Origin: a virus
Taxonomy: Duplodnaviria; Caudoviricetes
Strand: one strand, 5' to 3'
DNA length: 34,597 nt
Virus record (IMG/VR): IMGVR_UViG_3300008255_000292
Span: 1-34,597 of that record
Below, one piece after another: positions 1 to 8,714 of this stretch. The translations under genes and the position numbers were made by a program. Numbering within the stretch: position 1 is the first letter of the stretch; the number at the start of each line of letters is the position of its first letter. The notes under the pieces were generated by a model. The model searched no databases, was not told the origin of the DNA, and saw nothing but the letters and a program-made list of their open reading frames with translations.

Positions 1-26
1 ACTTCCGTCCGGCAACCCCGGCGGAT

Positions 27-227
27 GTGCCTGTGGTAACGCGGCGCGCATCCAAATATGACGCCCTTCTTGAGGCCCTGCTCGACGGTCCGCAGGTTGT
101 CACCGGCATCGAAGACCCCGGCAAGTTCCGTGGTGGTCTGTCCAACCGTGCCTACCAGGACGGGGCGAAGATCTCGATGAAGACGATCGACAAAGGCCGG
201 GGCGTGTACCGTGTCGAGCGGAAATGA
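27..227 (+). CDS. hypothetical protein
   Basis: 66-aa ORF; ATGA overlap with the next gene; true start could lie upstream of the window. Confidence 0.6.
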   Translation: MPVVTRRASKYDALLEALLDGPQVVTGIEDPGKFRGGLSNRAYQDGAKISMKTIDKGRGVYRVERK

Positions 228-409
228 AAATCGTCGAGGTTTGCTGCTGTGGTGCGTCCTGCGAGGTTGAGCAGCCAGAGATGCTGTCAACCAACGTTGA
301 TAAGGCGCGGGATTTTGTAAAGCAGTGGCGGCTCGATCATAGGCATGAGGCACCCGAACGGATCACCACGACGACGTTCGACACGTCCCACGTGGGGCTC
401 GACACGTGA
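224..409 (+). CDS. hypothetical protein, Cys-rich N-terminus
   Basis: 61 aa; coupled by 4-nt overlaps on both sides. Confidence 0.6.
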   Translation: MKIVEVCCCGASCEVEQPEMLSTNVDKARDFVKQWRLDHRHEAPERITTTTFDTSHVGLDT

Positions 410-549
410 GCTACTCATCGAACCTTCGGCGTGAGTTAGCGCGGGGCCGTCCGACGAAAGCCAAGGTCGCCCAAATCGCCCGGCGCAACCAGCGGCAGCA
501 AGCCGCCGTCAAGCGGATCGCCAAGGAAAGGGCGGTGAGAATTCAGTGA
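406..549 (+). CDS. small basic hypothetical protein (47 aa; not in the ORF track)
   Basis: GTG at 406 overlaps the upstream stop, TGA at 547-549 overlaps the next GTG; reads MSYSSNLRRELARGRPTKAK...; fills the gap exactly. Confidence 0.55.
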   Translation: MSYSSNLRRELARGRPTKAKVAQIARRNQRQQAAVKRIAKERAVRIQ

Positions 550-749
550 CAGCACCCGCCGCGTGTACCCACCGCTTTCAGGTCGAGGCACCCTATCCCG
601 GTTGCGTCACCCTCGCCGGTATCTGTCGGGACTGCGGCGCTCACCGTGACTTCGATCCCTATACGAATGAGCACGACTGGAACGACATGCGCCGCAAGGC
701 AAACGTACGGGGAGGGTTTCGCGGTGGAAGGAAGAAGAAGGCGTTGTGA
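546..749 (+). CDS. small Zn-finger-like protein with basic tail
   Basis: CxH...CxxC motifs; coupled overlaps. Confidence 0.6.
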   Translation: MTAPAACTHRFQVEAPYPGCVTLAGICRDCGAHRDFDPYTNEHDWNDMRRKANVRGGFRGGRKKKAL

Positions 750-970
750 CGCGCGACCCCATGCCGAACGTCTACGCGCGCCTTTGGCTTGAGGCCACGC
801 ACGCGCAGCTCGTCTGTACCACGCACGACGGATCGGTCCTTTGTAAGTGTCTGTTAGCCCGGCGGCTCCGAGCGCTGCCCGTTCTTACTGATGCCGAACG
901 TCGACGGTACCGCGCAGAGAAGCGTTTCAGCGTGAAAGGCATGGCAGGCGTCTGGTGGAGGCCTCGCTGA
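746..970 (+). CDS. hypothetical protein
   Basis: 74 aa; GTGA overlap with the previous gene. Confidence 0.5.
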   Translation: MTRDPMPNVYARLWLEATHAQLVCTTHDGSVLCKCLLARRLRALPVLTDAERRRYRAEKRFSVKGMAGVWWRPR

Positions 971-980
971 TTCCCGGCAA

Positions 981-1053
981 TTTCCACGCCTTTTCCACAC
1001 ACTTCCACGCCCATTACTCGCCCATTCCACGCACCTTCTGACCTATTTACGCC
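981..1053 (+). repeat. helically phased short direct repeats (TTCCACRC-like) upstream of terS
   Basis: TTCCACGC at 982, 1003, 1025; TTCCACAC at 993; degenerate copies at 1014, 1036, 1046; period about 10-11 nt. Confidence 0.7.
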
Positions 1054-1075
1054 CCTAATACCCCGGTGCTATCGT
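1046..1075 (+). promoter_or_regulatory. putative promoter for a leaderless terS transcript
   Basis: TTTACG-N18-TATCGT with extended -10 TG; ATG 6 nt after the -10; no room for an SD. Confidence 0.45.
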
Positions 1076-1081
1076 TGAGGC

Positions 1082-1549
1082 ATGGCTGATCTGGCGCTAG
1101 TGCCCACAAAGAATCGAGGACGCCTCTCGAATGCCGAGATAGCCTCCCGGCGAAAGCAGGTGTTCGACCTGCGGCGGGAGGGGCTGAGCGTCACCGAGAT
1201 CTCCGAACGCCTTGGTTGGCCATATGCGACGGTCTGGCAGAACATTCACTCTGCCATCCGGCAGATGGACGTGACGGCCACCCTCGAGGCTGAGGTTGCG
1301 ATTGACCTTGCACGGCTCGAGGACATCATCCGCATTCACTGGCCGCAGGTGAAGGCACGGGATCTGGATTCGACCTACGTTGTCCTGAAGGCCCTCGAGC
1401 GGAAGGCGAAGCTCCTCGGCCTCGACAGCCCGAAGAAGGTCGACGTGCGAGTCTTAGTCGCTCAGTGGGCCGAGGCCCAGGGGCTCGAGCCAGCCATCGT
1501 TCAGGACATCGTGTCGGGGATGCTTCTCGAGACGCGTGATCCAACGTGA
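1082..1549 (+). CDS. terS: terminase small subunit (N-terminal HTH)
   Basis: HTH (LRREGLSVTEISERLGW..ATVW); helical ERKAKLLGLD segment; directly upstream of and overlapping terL. Confidence 0.8.
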   Translation: MADLALVPTKNRGRLSNAEIASRRKQVFDLRREGLSVTEISERLGWPYATVWQNIHSAIRQMDVTATLEAEVAIDLARLEDIIRIHWPQVKARDLDSTYVVLKALERKAKLLGLDSPKKVDVRVLVAQWAEAQGLEPAIVQDIVSGMLLETRDPT

Positions 1550-4335
1550 CAACCAGGATTGAAACGAGCCTGTACACCCGGATTCCCGCCATGCTCGAGG
1601 TTGCGGGACCGGCGATCCGCAAGCTCCATGATGAGGCTGTCGCTGCCCGGAAGATGATCGCCACAACCCCTACGGCCATCGACGCCTGGGCCGAATCCCG
1701 GTTCTACATTCCCGGCTCATCCGAGCCCATCCGCCTTGCCGAGCACCAACGAGCTGTCCTGCGTCTCATGTTCACCCGGACACCGCAAGGGCAGCTCCCG
1801 TATCGGACCTGCATCTATTCCACTCCGAAGAAGTCAGGAAAGTGCGTTCAGGCAGATCAACGAATTCTGCTTGCCGACGGTTCGTGGCGGCGCGCAGGGG
1901 ATCTGATCGGATGTGCTGTTTCCCTCCCCGCTTACGATCAGAAGCGTGGCGTTATCGTTCCCTCCGTCCTCTCGTGGATCACCGACAACGGTTCCCGCCC
2001 TTGTGTCGAAGTCATAACCCGTCTTGGGCGACGGCTCGTTGTGACCGACAATCATCCCTTCCTACGGTACTCAGGATGGGAAGAAGCAGCGAACCTGAAG
2101 CCGGGGCAATCGATCGCAGTCCCTCTCGAGTTGCCCGATCAAGCAACGGATGCTCTGACCTTTGATGAGGCGTCTCTTCTTGCGCTGTTTATAGCGGACG
2201 GCGGATTGACGGGTGGCGGCGTTAACTTCACGAAATGGCGGGGTCCGCTGCGTGAGGAATTCATTCGTATTGTCGAATCGATGGGGGTCGAGGTTCGGAC
2301 GATTGATGATGGGCATACGTTGGTTCCAACCACAGGCAACCGAGGCGGGAAGTCCAATCCAGTAACAGACTTCATCAGAGCGCACGGGCTGTACAACCAC
2401 GGAGCCGCTACGAAATTCGTGCCTGATGCGGTGTTCCGCTCCTCCAACAAAGTCATCGCTCGTTTCCTCAACCGCCTTTACGCTTGCGACGGGTGGGTTA
2501 CTGGTCAATCTGTCGGGTACTCTTCCAACTCTCGGCGTTTGGCTGAAGACGTGCATCGGCTGCTAATGCGCTTCGGGATCCACGCCAAGTTGTACCGAAG
2601 GCCGTGCCCGGAGTGCCGTAAGACAAACTGGCACTGGTTTGTTGACTTCGGCGACCGCGAGTCTGTCCTGGCGTTCGCTGACCGAATCGGGATGCTTGGC
2701 AAAGAGCCCGTGCTTGAGAACGCTGTAGCGATGGCGAGAGCGCGTCACGCCAAGAGGGCGAGACAAGTTGACGTGTTTGAGCGGTCCATATGGGAGGAGC
2801 TTGCCGAAACGGATCTGGCTGTCAAGCAAACGTGGGCTGCCCGGCGGGATGTTGTTCGCAAGCGCGCGGCAAAGCACGGACTTGCCGCCCTTGTCAAGCT
2901 CGCCGACGCCTCTGTTGGGTGGGACGTGGTCAAGGCCGTGACACACCTCGGGATGATGCCCACGGTCGCTATCGAGGTTCCTGGGTATGAGACGTTCGTC
3001 ACGGACACAATCAACCACAACACTACTGCCGCAGGAATCGTCCTTCGCTGGTACGCCGAGACGCAAGGACGTCACTCCGAGCTCTATGCCGTGGGGAACG
3101 ACCTCGAGCAGGCGAAGAGCAGGTCGTTTGCGACGGTGCGAACATCCATCGAGCTATCGCCCGGATATGACCCTCGCCGGGATCGCTTGCCCGGTATTTG
3201 GCAGTTACAGCAGCTCACCTTCCGAAACCTGAAGAACTTCTCCACGATCAAGGCCCTCGCGGTTGACGCCCGAGGCGAGGCTGGAGGCGCTCCTGCTATC
3301 TCCGTCTTTACAGAATTGTGGGGCTTCACAGAGACCGAGGCCCTCCGCTTCTGGGATGAGTTGACCCCGGTGCCCACGATTCCCGACTCGATGCGTCTGG
3401 TTGAGACGTATGCCGGATACGAACAGGAATCAACCCTCCTCAAGTCCCTGTACACCACCGGCCTCGAGGGACGGCAGCTGTCCGTAGGGGAGCTCGCCAG
3501 CCGCACGAACACCAGCCCCCTTGCCTGGCACGAGGCTCAGCATCCCGACGACCCCGTGCCAGTGTGGGAGAACGCGAAAGCTTCCCAACTCACCTATTGG
3601 GACACGGGCACGAACGCCCGCCGGATGCCATGGCAACAGGGAGACGACGGGGCGGCGTATTACCGGGAACAGGAGTCCTCCCTGACCCCGCTGGCGTTCC
3701 GGAGGCTCCATATGAATGAGTGGGTATCGGTAGAGTCCGCGTTCATTCCGCCCGAGCTGTGGGACGCCTGCCTCGACCCCGAGATCCTCCCGCTCGCGCC
3801 CGGTGACAAGATGCCCATCGTCGTTGGCGTGGACGCGGCTACCACGTTTGACTGTTACGCCGTCGTTGCCGTGTCCCGTCACCCCGACCCCGCCAAGCAC
3901 GATCACGTTGCTGTGCGTGCGGTGAAGGTGTTCGATCCTATTGTCGAGGGAGGGGCGGTTGACTACGACAAGGCTGAGCAGTTCCTGCGGGACGTGTGCA
4001 AAGAGAACAACGTCGTGCAGATATGTTTCGACCCGTTCCAGTTGGAATCGGTCATGCAGCGCCTGCGGAAGGATTCCGTAGCCTGGTGCGAACCATTCAG
4101 CCAGCAACAGGACCGGCTCAAGGCCGACCGTCAGCTCTACGACCTCATCGTAACGCGGCGGTTGCACCACACGGGCAACACTCTGCTGCGAGATCACGCC
4201 CTGAACGCGGGCGCGCGGCTACAGCGTTCGGAAGACTCAACCCTACGTCTCGTCAAGATTGCTCCTCACCGCAAAATTGACGCGGTTGTGGCGCTGTCCA
4301 TGGCGGCTGCACGCTGCCTGTATCTTACCATTTGA
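1546..4335 (+). CDS. terL: terminase large subunit, intein-containing (about 536 aa after splicing)
   Basis: Walker A PKKSGK|T split by the intein; Walker B-like VFTELW; RNase H-like nuclease GVDAA..D and KIDAVVALSMA. Confidence 0.95.
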   Translation: MTTRIETSLYTRIPAMLEVAGPAIRKLHDEAVAARKMIATTPTAIDAWAESRFYIPGSSEPIRLAEHQRAVLRLMFTRTPQGQLPYRTCIYSTPKKSGKCVQADQRILLADGSWRRAGDLIGCAVSLPAYDQKRGVIVPSVLSWITDNGSRPCVEVITRLGRRLVVTDNHPFLRYSGWEEAANLKPGQSIAVPLELPDQATDALTFDEASLLALFIADGGLTGGGVNFTKWRGPLREEFIRIVESMGVEVRTIDDGHTLVPTTGNRGGKSNPVTDFIRAHGLYNHGAATKFVPDAVFRSSNKVIARFLNRLYACDGWVTGQSVGYSSNSRRLAEDVHRLLMRFGIHAKLYRRPCPECRKTNWHWFVDFGDRESVLAFADRIGMLGKEPVLENAVAMARARHAKRARQVDVFERSIWEELAETDLAVKQTWAARRDVVRKRAAKHGLAALVKLADASVGWDVVKAVTHLGMMPTVAIEVPGYETFVTDTINHNTTAAGIVLRWYAETQGRHSELYAVGNDLEQAKSRSFATVRTSIELSPGYDPRRDRLPGIWQLQQLTFRNLKNFSTIKALAVDARGEAGGAPAISVFTELWGFTETEALRFWDELTPVPTIPDSMRLVETYAGYEQESTLLKSLYTTGLEGRQLSVGELASRTNTSPLAWHEAQHPDDPVPVWENAKASQLTYWDTGTNARRMPWQQGDDGAAYYREQESSLTPLAFRRLHMNEWVSVESAFIPPELWDACLDPEILPLAPGDKMPIVVGVDAATTFDCYAVVAVSRHPDPAKHDHVAVRAVKVFDPIVEGGAVDYDKAEQFLRDVCKENNVVQICFDPFQLESVMQRLRKDSVAWCEPFSQQQDRLKADRQLYDLIVTRRLHHTGNTLLRDHALNAGARLQRSEDSTLRLVKIAPHRKIDAVVALSMAAARCLYLTI
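1843..3021 (+). mobile_element. intein with LAGLIDADG homing endonuclease (393 aa) in the TerL Walker A motif
   Basis: Begins CVQADQRILLADG; block B TDNHPF; LAGLIDADG motifs LLALFIADG and FLNRLYACDG; ends INHN followed by Thr. Confidence 0.93.
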
Positions 4336-4365
4336 CTTGACACTCACCGACGTCACCTGTATCGT
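4333..4365 (+). promoter_or_regulatory. TGACTTGAC-type promoter, copy 1
   Basis: TTGACA(4337)-N17-TATCGT(4360); first TGA is the terL stop. Confidence 0.75.
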
Positions 4366-4370
4366 GTAAC

Positions 4371-4457
4371 GCACGGCAGGGGGCGTGCGGCTTGAGCAAC
4401 CGGCGGTGTTCCGCTCGCGCCTCCGGGGTAGTATGCTCGCCCCGCCTCCTGCCGTGT
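4371..4457 (+). ncRNA. putative structured RNA or leader (about 87 nt)
   Basis: 15-bp closing stem 4371-4385/4443-4457 with two G-U pairs; inner GAGCA/TGCTC and GCGG-TGTT-CCGC stems; starts at the predicted TSS of promoter copy 1. Confidence 0.5.
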
Positions 4458-4478
4458 ATCTGAAGGAGGGGTGTACTC

Positions 4479-4685
4479 ATGATCTTCGGTCTCGTTCTTT
4501 ATGTTGCTGGCGCCCTCATATTCGGTCTCGTTGCGGTCCTCTGGATCGATGCCGAGCCCAACAGTACGAGTGACTACGCTATTGAGGGTGTGTTCGCCAT
4601 CGCCGTTGGCTCTTTGTGGCTGCTCCTCTTTCCCCTGTTCGTTGCGGGCTACGTGGTGAGCAAGGTTGCCCATAGATTGACTTGA
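4479..4685 (+). CDS. small membrane protein (two hydrophobic segments)
   Basis: GAAGGAGG RBS; two TM-like stretches. Confidence 0.75.
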   Translation: MIFGLVLYVAGALIFGLVAVLWIDAEPNSTSDYAIEGVFAIAVGSLWLLLFPLFVAGYVVSKVAHRLT

Positions 4686-4724
4686 CAGTTACGCTCCTCC
4701 TTGCGATAATTGGATCGAAGGAGG
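4678..4724 (+). promoter_or_regulatory. TGACTTGAC promoter + RBS, copy 2
   Basis: TTGACA(4682)-N17-GATAAT(4705); GAAGGAGG at 4717. Confidence 0.8.
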
Positions 4725-4731
4725 CCTGACA

Positions 4732-5298
4732 ATGGAAATCGGAACGAAGCTCTACGAGTACAGGGGCAGTGGTCCCAAGAGTGACCGGCACACGGACGCG
4801 GTTGAGTTCACGGTGACGAAGGTCACCAAGACCCAGTTCACTACAGACGACGGACGGCGCTGGGCGCTCGGTGACAGCTGGGCCGGGCGACATTCCTGGC
4901 GGCTCTACGGGGGAAGCACAATCCGGGGCATGTACATTCACGACACGCCCGGCGGAAGCCCCGTCACGACCGAGGCGGCACTCACAGCCGCGCGTGAGCA
5001 GAAGCGGGCCGAAGCCAAGGTCGAGGCCGACGCTGCCCGCGCTGCCCTGATCGCCGAGCACGGAATATTCGGGGCAATCAAGAAGACGCTCGAGGCGGGC
5101 GAGTCTTGGGCCGTGCGAATCGACCTGAGGGCCATCCGCGAATCGCTGCCCGAGGACAAACAGGCCGAGTACATCGAGTACCTCGAGGATGCCATCTGTG
5201 ACGCCTACCGGGCGGCGAAATCCAACGTCGAGCGCTTCACCCAAGCCGCCGAACGGATCACCCAGATTGTTACCGACATGACAGCGGCGAGGTACTAA
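4732..5298 (+). CDS. hypothetical protein (188 aa)
   Basis: Promoter and strong RBS upstream; beta-rich N-terminal half, helical C-terminal half. Confidence 0.85.
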   Translation: MEIGTKLYEYRGSGPKSDRHTDAVEFTVTKVTKTQFTTDDGRRWALGDSWAGRHSWRLYGGSTIRGMYIHDTPGGSPVTTEAALTAAREQKRAEAKVEADAARAALIAEHGIFGAIKKTLEAGESWAVRIDLRAIRESLPEDKQAEYIEYLEDAICDAYRAAKSNVERFTQAAERITQIVTDMTAARY

Positions 5299-5299
5299 C

Positions 5300-5346
5300 T
5301 GACTTGACGGTTAGCGCCAGTCACGTCATACTCAAGGTGAAGGAGG
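5300..5346 (+). promoter_or_regulatory. TGACTTGAC promoter + RBS, copy 3
   Basis: TTGACG(5304)-N17-CATACT(5327); GAAGGAGG at 5339. Confidence 0.8.
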
Positions 5347-5354
5347 TAACGACA

Positions 5355-5579
5355 ATGACCACGACGCAAATCAGTCACGACGGCTTCGCCCGGACGTTCA
5401 CCTACCGGGAGACCGTGCCCTCATGGGGAAGCCGCGTGTCCGGGCACAATCGCTGTGCCGAGTGCGGGCGCATCGCCCGGTTCCGGTACACCACCCAGTG
5501 CGAATCGCGGACGTGCGCGCCCCGGTTTGCCGGACCCGCATTCTGCTCAATCTCATGCTGGAGGAGCTACTCGTCATGA
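5355..5579 (+). CDS. small Zn-finger-like protein
   Basis: ATG after the RBS (start moved from 5304); CAECG and FCSISC motifs. Confidence 0.75.
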   Translation: MTTTQISHDGFARTFTYRETVPSWGSRVSGHNRCAECGRIARFRYTTQCESRTCAPRFAGPAFCSISCWRSYSS

Positions 5580-5890
5580 ACACGGGCCACACACCCGGAC
5601 CGCTCGTCGTAGGGCCGCGAGGCGTCATCGGCGAGCGTGCCATCTACGTGCCCGGCGAGCCCGTTGAGGTGCTCGGCTACGCCTACAGGACCGACGACGA
5701 CGTGGCTCTCGAGAATGCCACCCTATGGGCCGCAGCCCCGGACATGCTCGCCGCCATCGAGTACGCCCTGGCGCATCTGCCCGACGTCCCATCCGACGAT
5801 GACTACGCGAGGGGCACCTATGGCACCTATGCTGGGGTAGCCTACCGTCTGCGCGCGGCGCTACTGACCGCCCGAGGAGAAACATCATGA
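5576..5890 (+). CDS. conserved phage hypothetical protein (HTPGP...NA.L.AAAPD type)
   Basis: GGAGG RBS; HTPGPL and ENATLWAAAPDML, a motif pair common in phage accessory proteins. Confidence 0.8.
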   Translation: MNTGHTPGPLVVGPRGVIGERAIYVPGEPVEVLGYAYRTDDDVALENATLWAAAPDMLAAIEYALAHLPDVPSDDDYARGTYGTYAGVAYRLRAALLTARGETS

Positions 5891-6099
5891 CCACGCCACG
5901 CAAGCCCCGATACCGCGTCGCCCCATCGGGGGATACCCACTGGGACTACGCCATCGTTGACGCCACCACTGGGAAGGTGACGTTCTTCTCCGGCGGCTGG
6001 CAGGCCGTTTGCAATGTCATCGATAACCTCAACAACGAATATCGGTACCTTGGCACGACCGAGGCGGATGAAGTGGCCGCTGCCATCCGTGGTGCGTAA
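5887..6099 (+). CDS. hypothetical protein
   Basis: GAGGAG RBS; ATGA overlap. Confidence 0.75.
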   Translation: MTTPRKPRYRVAPSGDTHWDYAIVDATTGKVTFFSGGWQAVCNVIDNLNNEYRYLGTTEADEVAAAIRGA

Positions 6100-6225
6100 A
6101 CGCTGCTACACCTGCGACGCCGAGGTGACCCTCAACGGTTACATGGCGGTGTCACGGTGCATTCTCCCTCCCGCGTAACCGAGACGTTGGTTATTGTTGT
6201 GCCCGGAGCGGGAGTTGGAGTGAGA

Positions 6226-6339
6226 ATGAGAGTCGTCTGCGCGTGGTGCGGCGTCATCCTCGTGTGGGGTCCACCCGAGCCCACGTCCCACGGTATCTGC
6301 GACGATTGCGCGAGGAAAGTCCTGCCTGATTTGACTTGA
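6226..6339 (+). CDS. very small Zn-finger protein (37 aa)
   Basis: MRVVCAWCG...SHGICDDC; stop lies inside the TGACTTGAC motif. Confidence 0.65.
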   Translation: MRVVCAWCGVILVWGPPEPTSHGICDDCARKVLPDLT

Positions 6340-6378
6340 CACTTAGCTCGTCCGGCGTGACAATGGTATCGAAGGAGG
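6332..6378 (+). promoter_or_regulatory. TGACTTGAC promoter + RBS, copy 4
   Basis: TTGACA(6336)-N17-GACAAT(6359); GAAGGAGG at 6371. Confidence 0.8.
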
Positions 6379-6383
6379 TTGAG

Positions 6384-6686
6384 ATGACTACGCGAAGAGA
6401 CCCCGGTTCGGTTGTGAACAAGATCGGCTGGTATGACATGCTGACACTTGACCGCACAACCTGCCGGGTCTGCTTCAACGGCGGGAGCTATGACGAATGG
6501 CCGAAGGGTCAGATACCCTCGATGCGAGCTATCGCTCTCGCCGAGGGAAAGCCGCTCAAGGGTGATAGGATTCACAACCGGCAGCCATATATCACTACGC
6601 TCCGTGCTGCGCTGAAGCGCCACATCGAACGCGAACATCCCGGATGGCTACACGCAATCCGCTGGACGAAGGAGGCAACATCATGA
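6384..6686 (+). CDS. hypothetical protein (CxxC...HxxxxH, possible C2H2-like)
   Basis: ATG after the RBS; CRVC and HIEREH. Confidence 0.75.
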   Translation: MTTRRDPGSVVNKIGWYDMLTLDRTTCRVCFNGGSYDEWPKGQIPSMRAIALAEGKPLKGDRIHNRQPYITTLRAALKRHIEREHPGWLHAIRWTKEATS

Positions 6687-7054
6687 CCACGCCAACACTC
6701 ACTTTCCACATGTGCCCCAATTGCGGCGAGGCCAACGGGTTCTACGACCGCCCCGGTCCCGTGCCATGTGACGGTTGCGGTACGACGGTTGCGGCCTCGC
6801 AGGGACGTCCGCCCGACACCATCGACGCCCTGTACGACCTTCTGTCTCAGGCTGAGTCAATGGTCTTCCGGATGCACTGGCATGGGAACGAGGAGCTGGC
6901 CGCAGCTCGCTGGTCCGTGCTGCAGGCCTGGAGCGACGTTGCCAATGTCAGGGATGCCATGAAGGACATATGCCACGACTGTCACCACGCGGGCTCCCAC
7001 AACAACGGCGGTCCGTGCAACCACGAGGACTGCCGCTGTCAGGAACTGACTTGA
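6683..7054 (+). CDS. Cys-rich Zn-finger protein
   Basis: GAAGGAGG RBS; CPNC, CDGC, CHDCHH...C..CRC. Confidence 0.75.
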   Translation: MTTPTLTFHMCPNCGEANGFYDRPGPVPCDGCGTTVAASQGRPPDTIDALYDLLSQAESMVFRMHWHGNEELAAARWSVLQAWSDVANVRDAMKDICHDCHHAGSHNNGGPCNHEDCRCQELT

Positions 7055-7093
7055 CGTTTCCCCGCTAACGTGACACGATTGACGCAAGGAGGA
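7047..7093 (+). promoter_or_regulatory. TGACTTGAC promoter + RBS, copy 5
   Basis: TTGACG(7051)-N17-CACGAT(7074); AAGGAGG at 7087. Confidence 0.75.
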
Positions 7094-7097
7094 CACG

Positions 7098-7283
7098 ATG
7101 CCTGGTAGGCCTAATCCGAACCTAGTGCCAGCCTCAGTCAACGCCACGCCGGAAGACCGCCGCATCCTCGCCGCCCTGCGGGAACGGGTGTGCCAATCGT
7201 GTGGCCATACCGATGCCCGCCACATTCTGCCGGAACGCTGCGCGGATTGTGATTGCCGACAGATGACCTACGCAAAGACATGA
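7098..7283 (+). CDS. small Cys/His-rich protein
   Basis: RBS; CQSCGH...H....C..CDC. Confidence 0.7.
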   Translation: MPGRPNPNLVPASVNATPEDRRILAALRERVCQSCGHTDARHILPERCADCDCRQMTYAKT

Positions 7284-7334
7284 CTGACGTTCGGGCTTTG
7301 ACCCGGCCACCTACTTCGAAGGAGGAGTACCCAG

Positions 7335-7562
7335 ATGAAAATGGTCATCGTTCCCGGCAGTGACAGCATCCACGTCGCCTATCGACGCAGTGGCAGCAGC
7401 CGCCACGACTTCCGCAAAACCGCCTGCCTGCTAGAGGTCAACGACACCGACGACCCATTCGTACGAACGCCCAGCCTGCCAACCTGCGCATTCTGCATCC
7501 GGGACGGCAACATGCCAGAGGAGATTCGCATCGAACTCTGGAACAAGCTGATGTCAGCATGA
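7335..7562 (+). CDS. hypothetical protein
   Basis: GAAGGAGG RBS; degenerate TGACTGACG motif at 7281. Confidence 0.7.
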   Translation: MKMVIVPGSDSIHVAYRRSGSSRHDFRKTACLLEVNDTDDPFVRTPSLPTCAFCIRDGNMPEEIRIELWNKLMSA

Positions 7563-7984
7563 GCAACGACTACGTCAACGACGACGGCACGTTGCTCGGC
7601 TTGCGCTGGCACGGGCCGACCACCAACATCGAAGCCGACCTGCGAGCCAAAGCTGAAGCCGCGCTCGAAACGCTCACGAACACGGGAAGTCTCGATGGTG
7701 GAATCGCGCGGGTGGAAGGGGAGGGGCTCGATGGCCTCCGCCCATTGTGGGCTTACCAAGATGCCGTGCGTGACCCGCGTGTCATCCTCGCCCTGCTCGA
7801 CGCGCACAAGGTCGAAATTGATATGCACTACGAGCTGCACAAGGGCACCGACGAGCTGGTAGCAGAGCTCTACGAAGCTTTGCAGAAGTACGGGCAACAC
7901 CTTGAGGGATGTCGTTCACTAATCGCATGGCCTGACCGTGAGCCCTGCACCTGCGGCCTCGATGCCGCGAACGGAGATGCGTGA
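7559..7984 (+). CDS. hypothetical protein
   Basis: Coupled overlaps; C-terminal H...C...CTCG. Confidence 0.7.
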   Translation: MSNDYVNDDGTLLGLRWHGPTTNIEADLRAKAEAALETLTNTGSLDGGIARVEGEGLDGLRPLWAYQDAVRDPRVILALLDAHKVEIDMHYELHKGTDELVAELYEALQKYGQHLEGCRSLIAWPDREPCTCGLDAANGDA

Positions 7985-8259
7985 TGACCACCAAAGACGA
8001 ACAACTGCGGGTAAAACACATAAAGACAAACCGATTTGTAGATGTCTTCTGTGATTTCGACCGCGAGCCGTGGCCATGCACCACCATCTGCCTGCTCGAT
8101 CACATTGTGGAATTGGAGGCCATGTTGGAGACGGCAGAGGACAAGGCGCGCCACTACAAGGCTGCCGCGCGAGACAATTTAGTCGCGCTGAAAGCAGCAG
8201 AAGCACGGGCTACGCTTGCGAGGCCAACCACTGATAATACCGGAAGGGTGCAGTCGTGA
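7981..8259 (+). CDS. WPC-motif phage protein (paralog A)
   Basis: DEQLR..H...C...EPWPCTT; coiled-coil tail. Confidence 0.7.
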   Translation: MMTTKDEQLRVKHIKTNRFVDVFCDFDREPWPCTTICLLDHIVELEAMLETAEDKARHYKAAARDNLVALKAAEARATLARPTTDNTGRVQS

Positions 8260-8714
8260 CTACCGAAGACGAACAACTGCGAGCAGAGCATCCCAAGGTG
8301 CAAGGCGCGGGGAGAGCGTGGTGCGGCCTGTGTCTTGGTGAATCGTGGCCATGCATCACCATCCGTCTCCTTGACCGGCTGGCGGCGGCAGAGGCACGGG
8401 CTGAACAACTGAACCACGTTATGCGAACGTGGGAGGGCAGTGAGGGCGCGGGTTCCTGCGATTGGGGTGGATGTTCGCGAGACGCCGATGGCTGGCGCTC
8501 TTGTCTGCCCGTGGGCGGTGGTACAGATACTCTGCCTGTCTGCGCTCAGCACATGGAGGCTTACGAAATACAAGCTGTCGAACTGGACCGGGCACGAGAG
8601 GAATCAGTGCGCGCGGTGAGAGAACTTCAAGCCATCTACGACTACGTGAGAGACGTTCCTGATCTCTGGGGCGAGTACATCCGTGACCATGCACGAACAG
8701 GGCTGCACGGATGA
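8256..8714 (+). CDS. WPC-motif phage protein (paralog B)
   Basis: DEQLR..H...C..C..ESWPCIT; N-terminus homologous to the previous gene. Confidence 0.7.
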   Translation: MTTEDEQLRAEHPKVQGAGRAWCGLCLGESWPCITIRLLDRLAAAEARAEQLNHVMRTWEGSEGAGSCDWGGCSRDADGWRSCLPVGGGTDTLPVCAQHMEAYEIQAVELDRAREESVRAVRELQAIYDYVRDVPDLWGEYIRDHARTGLHG

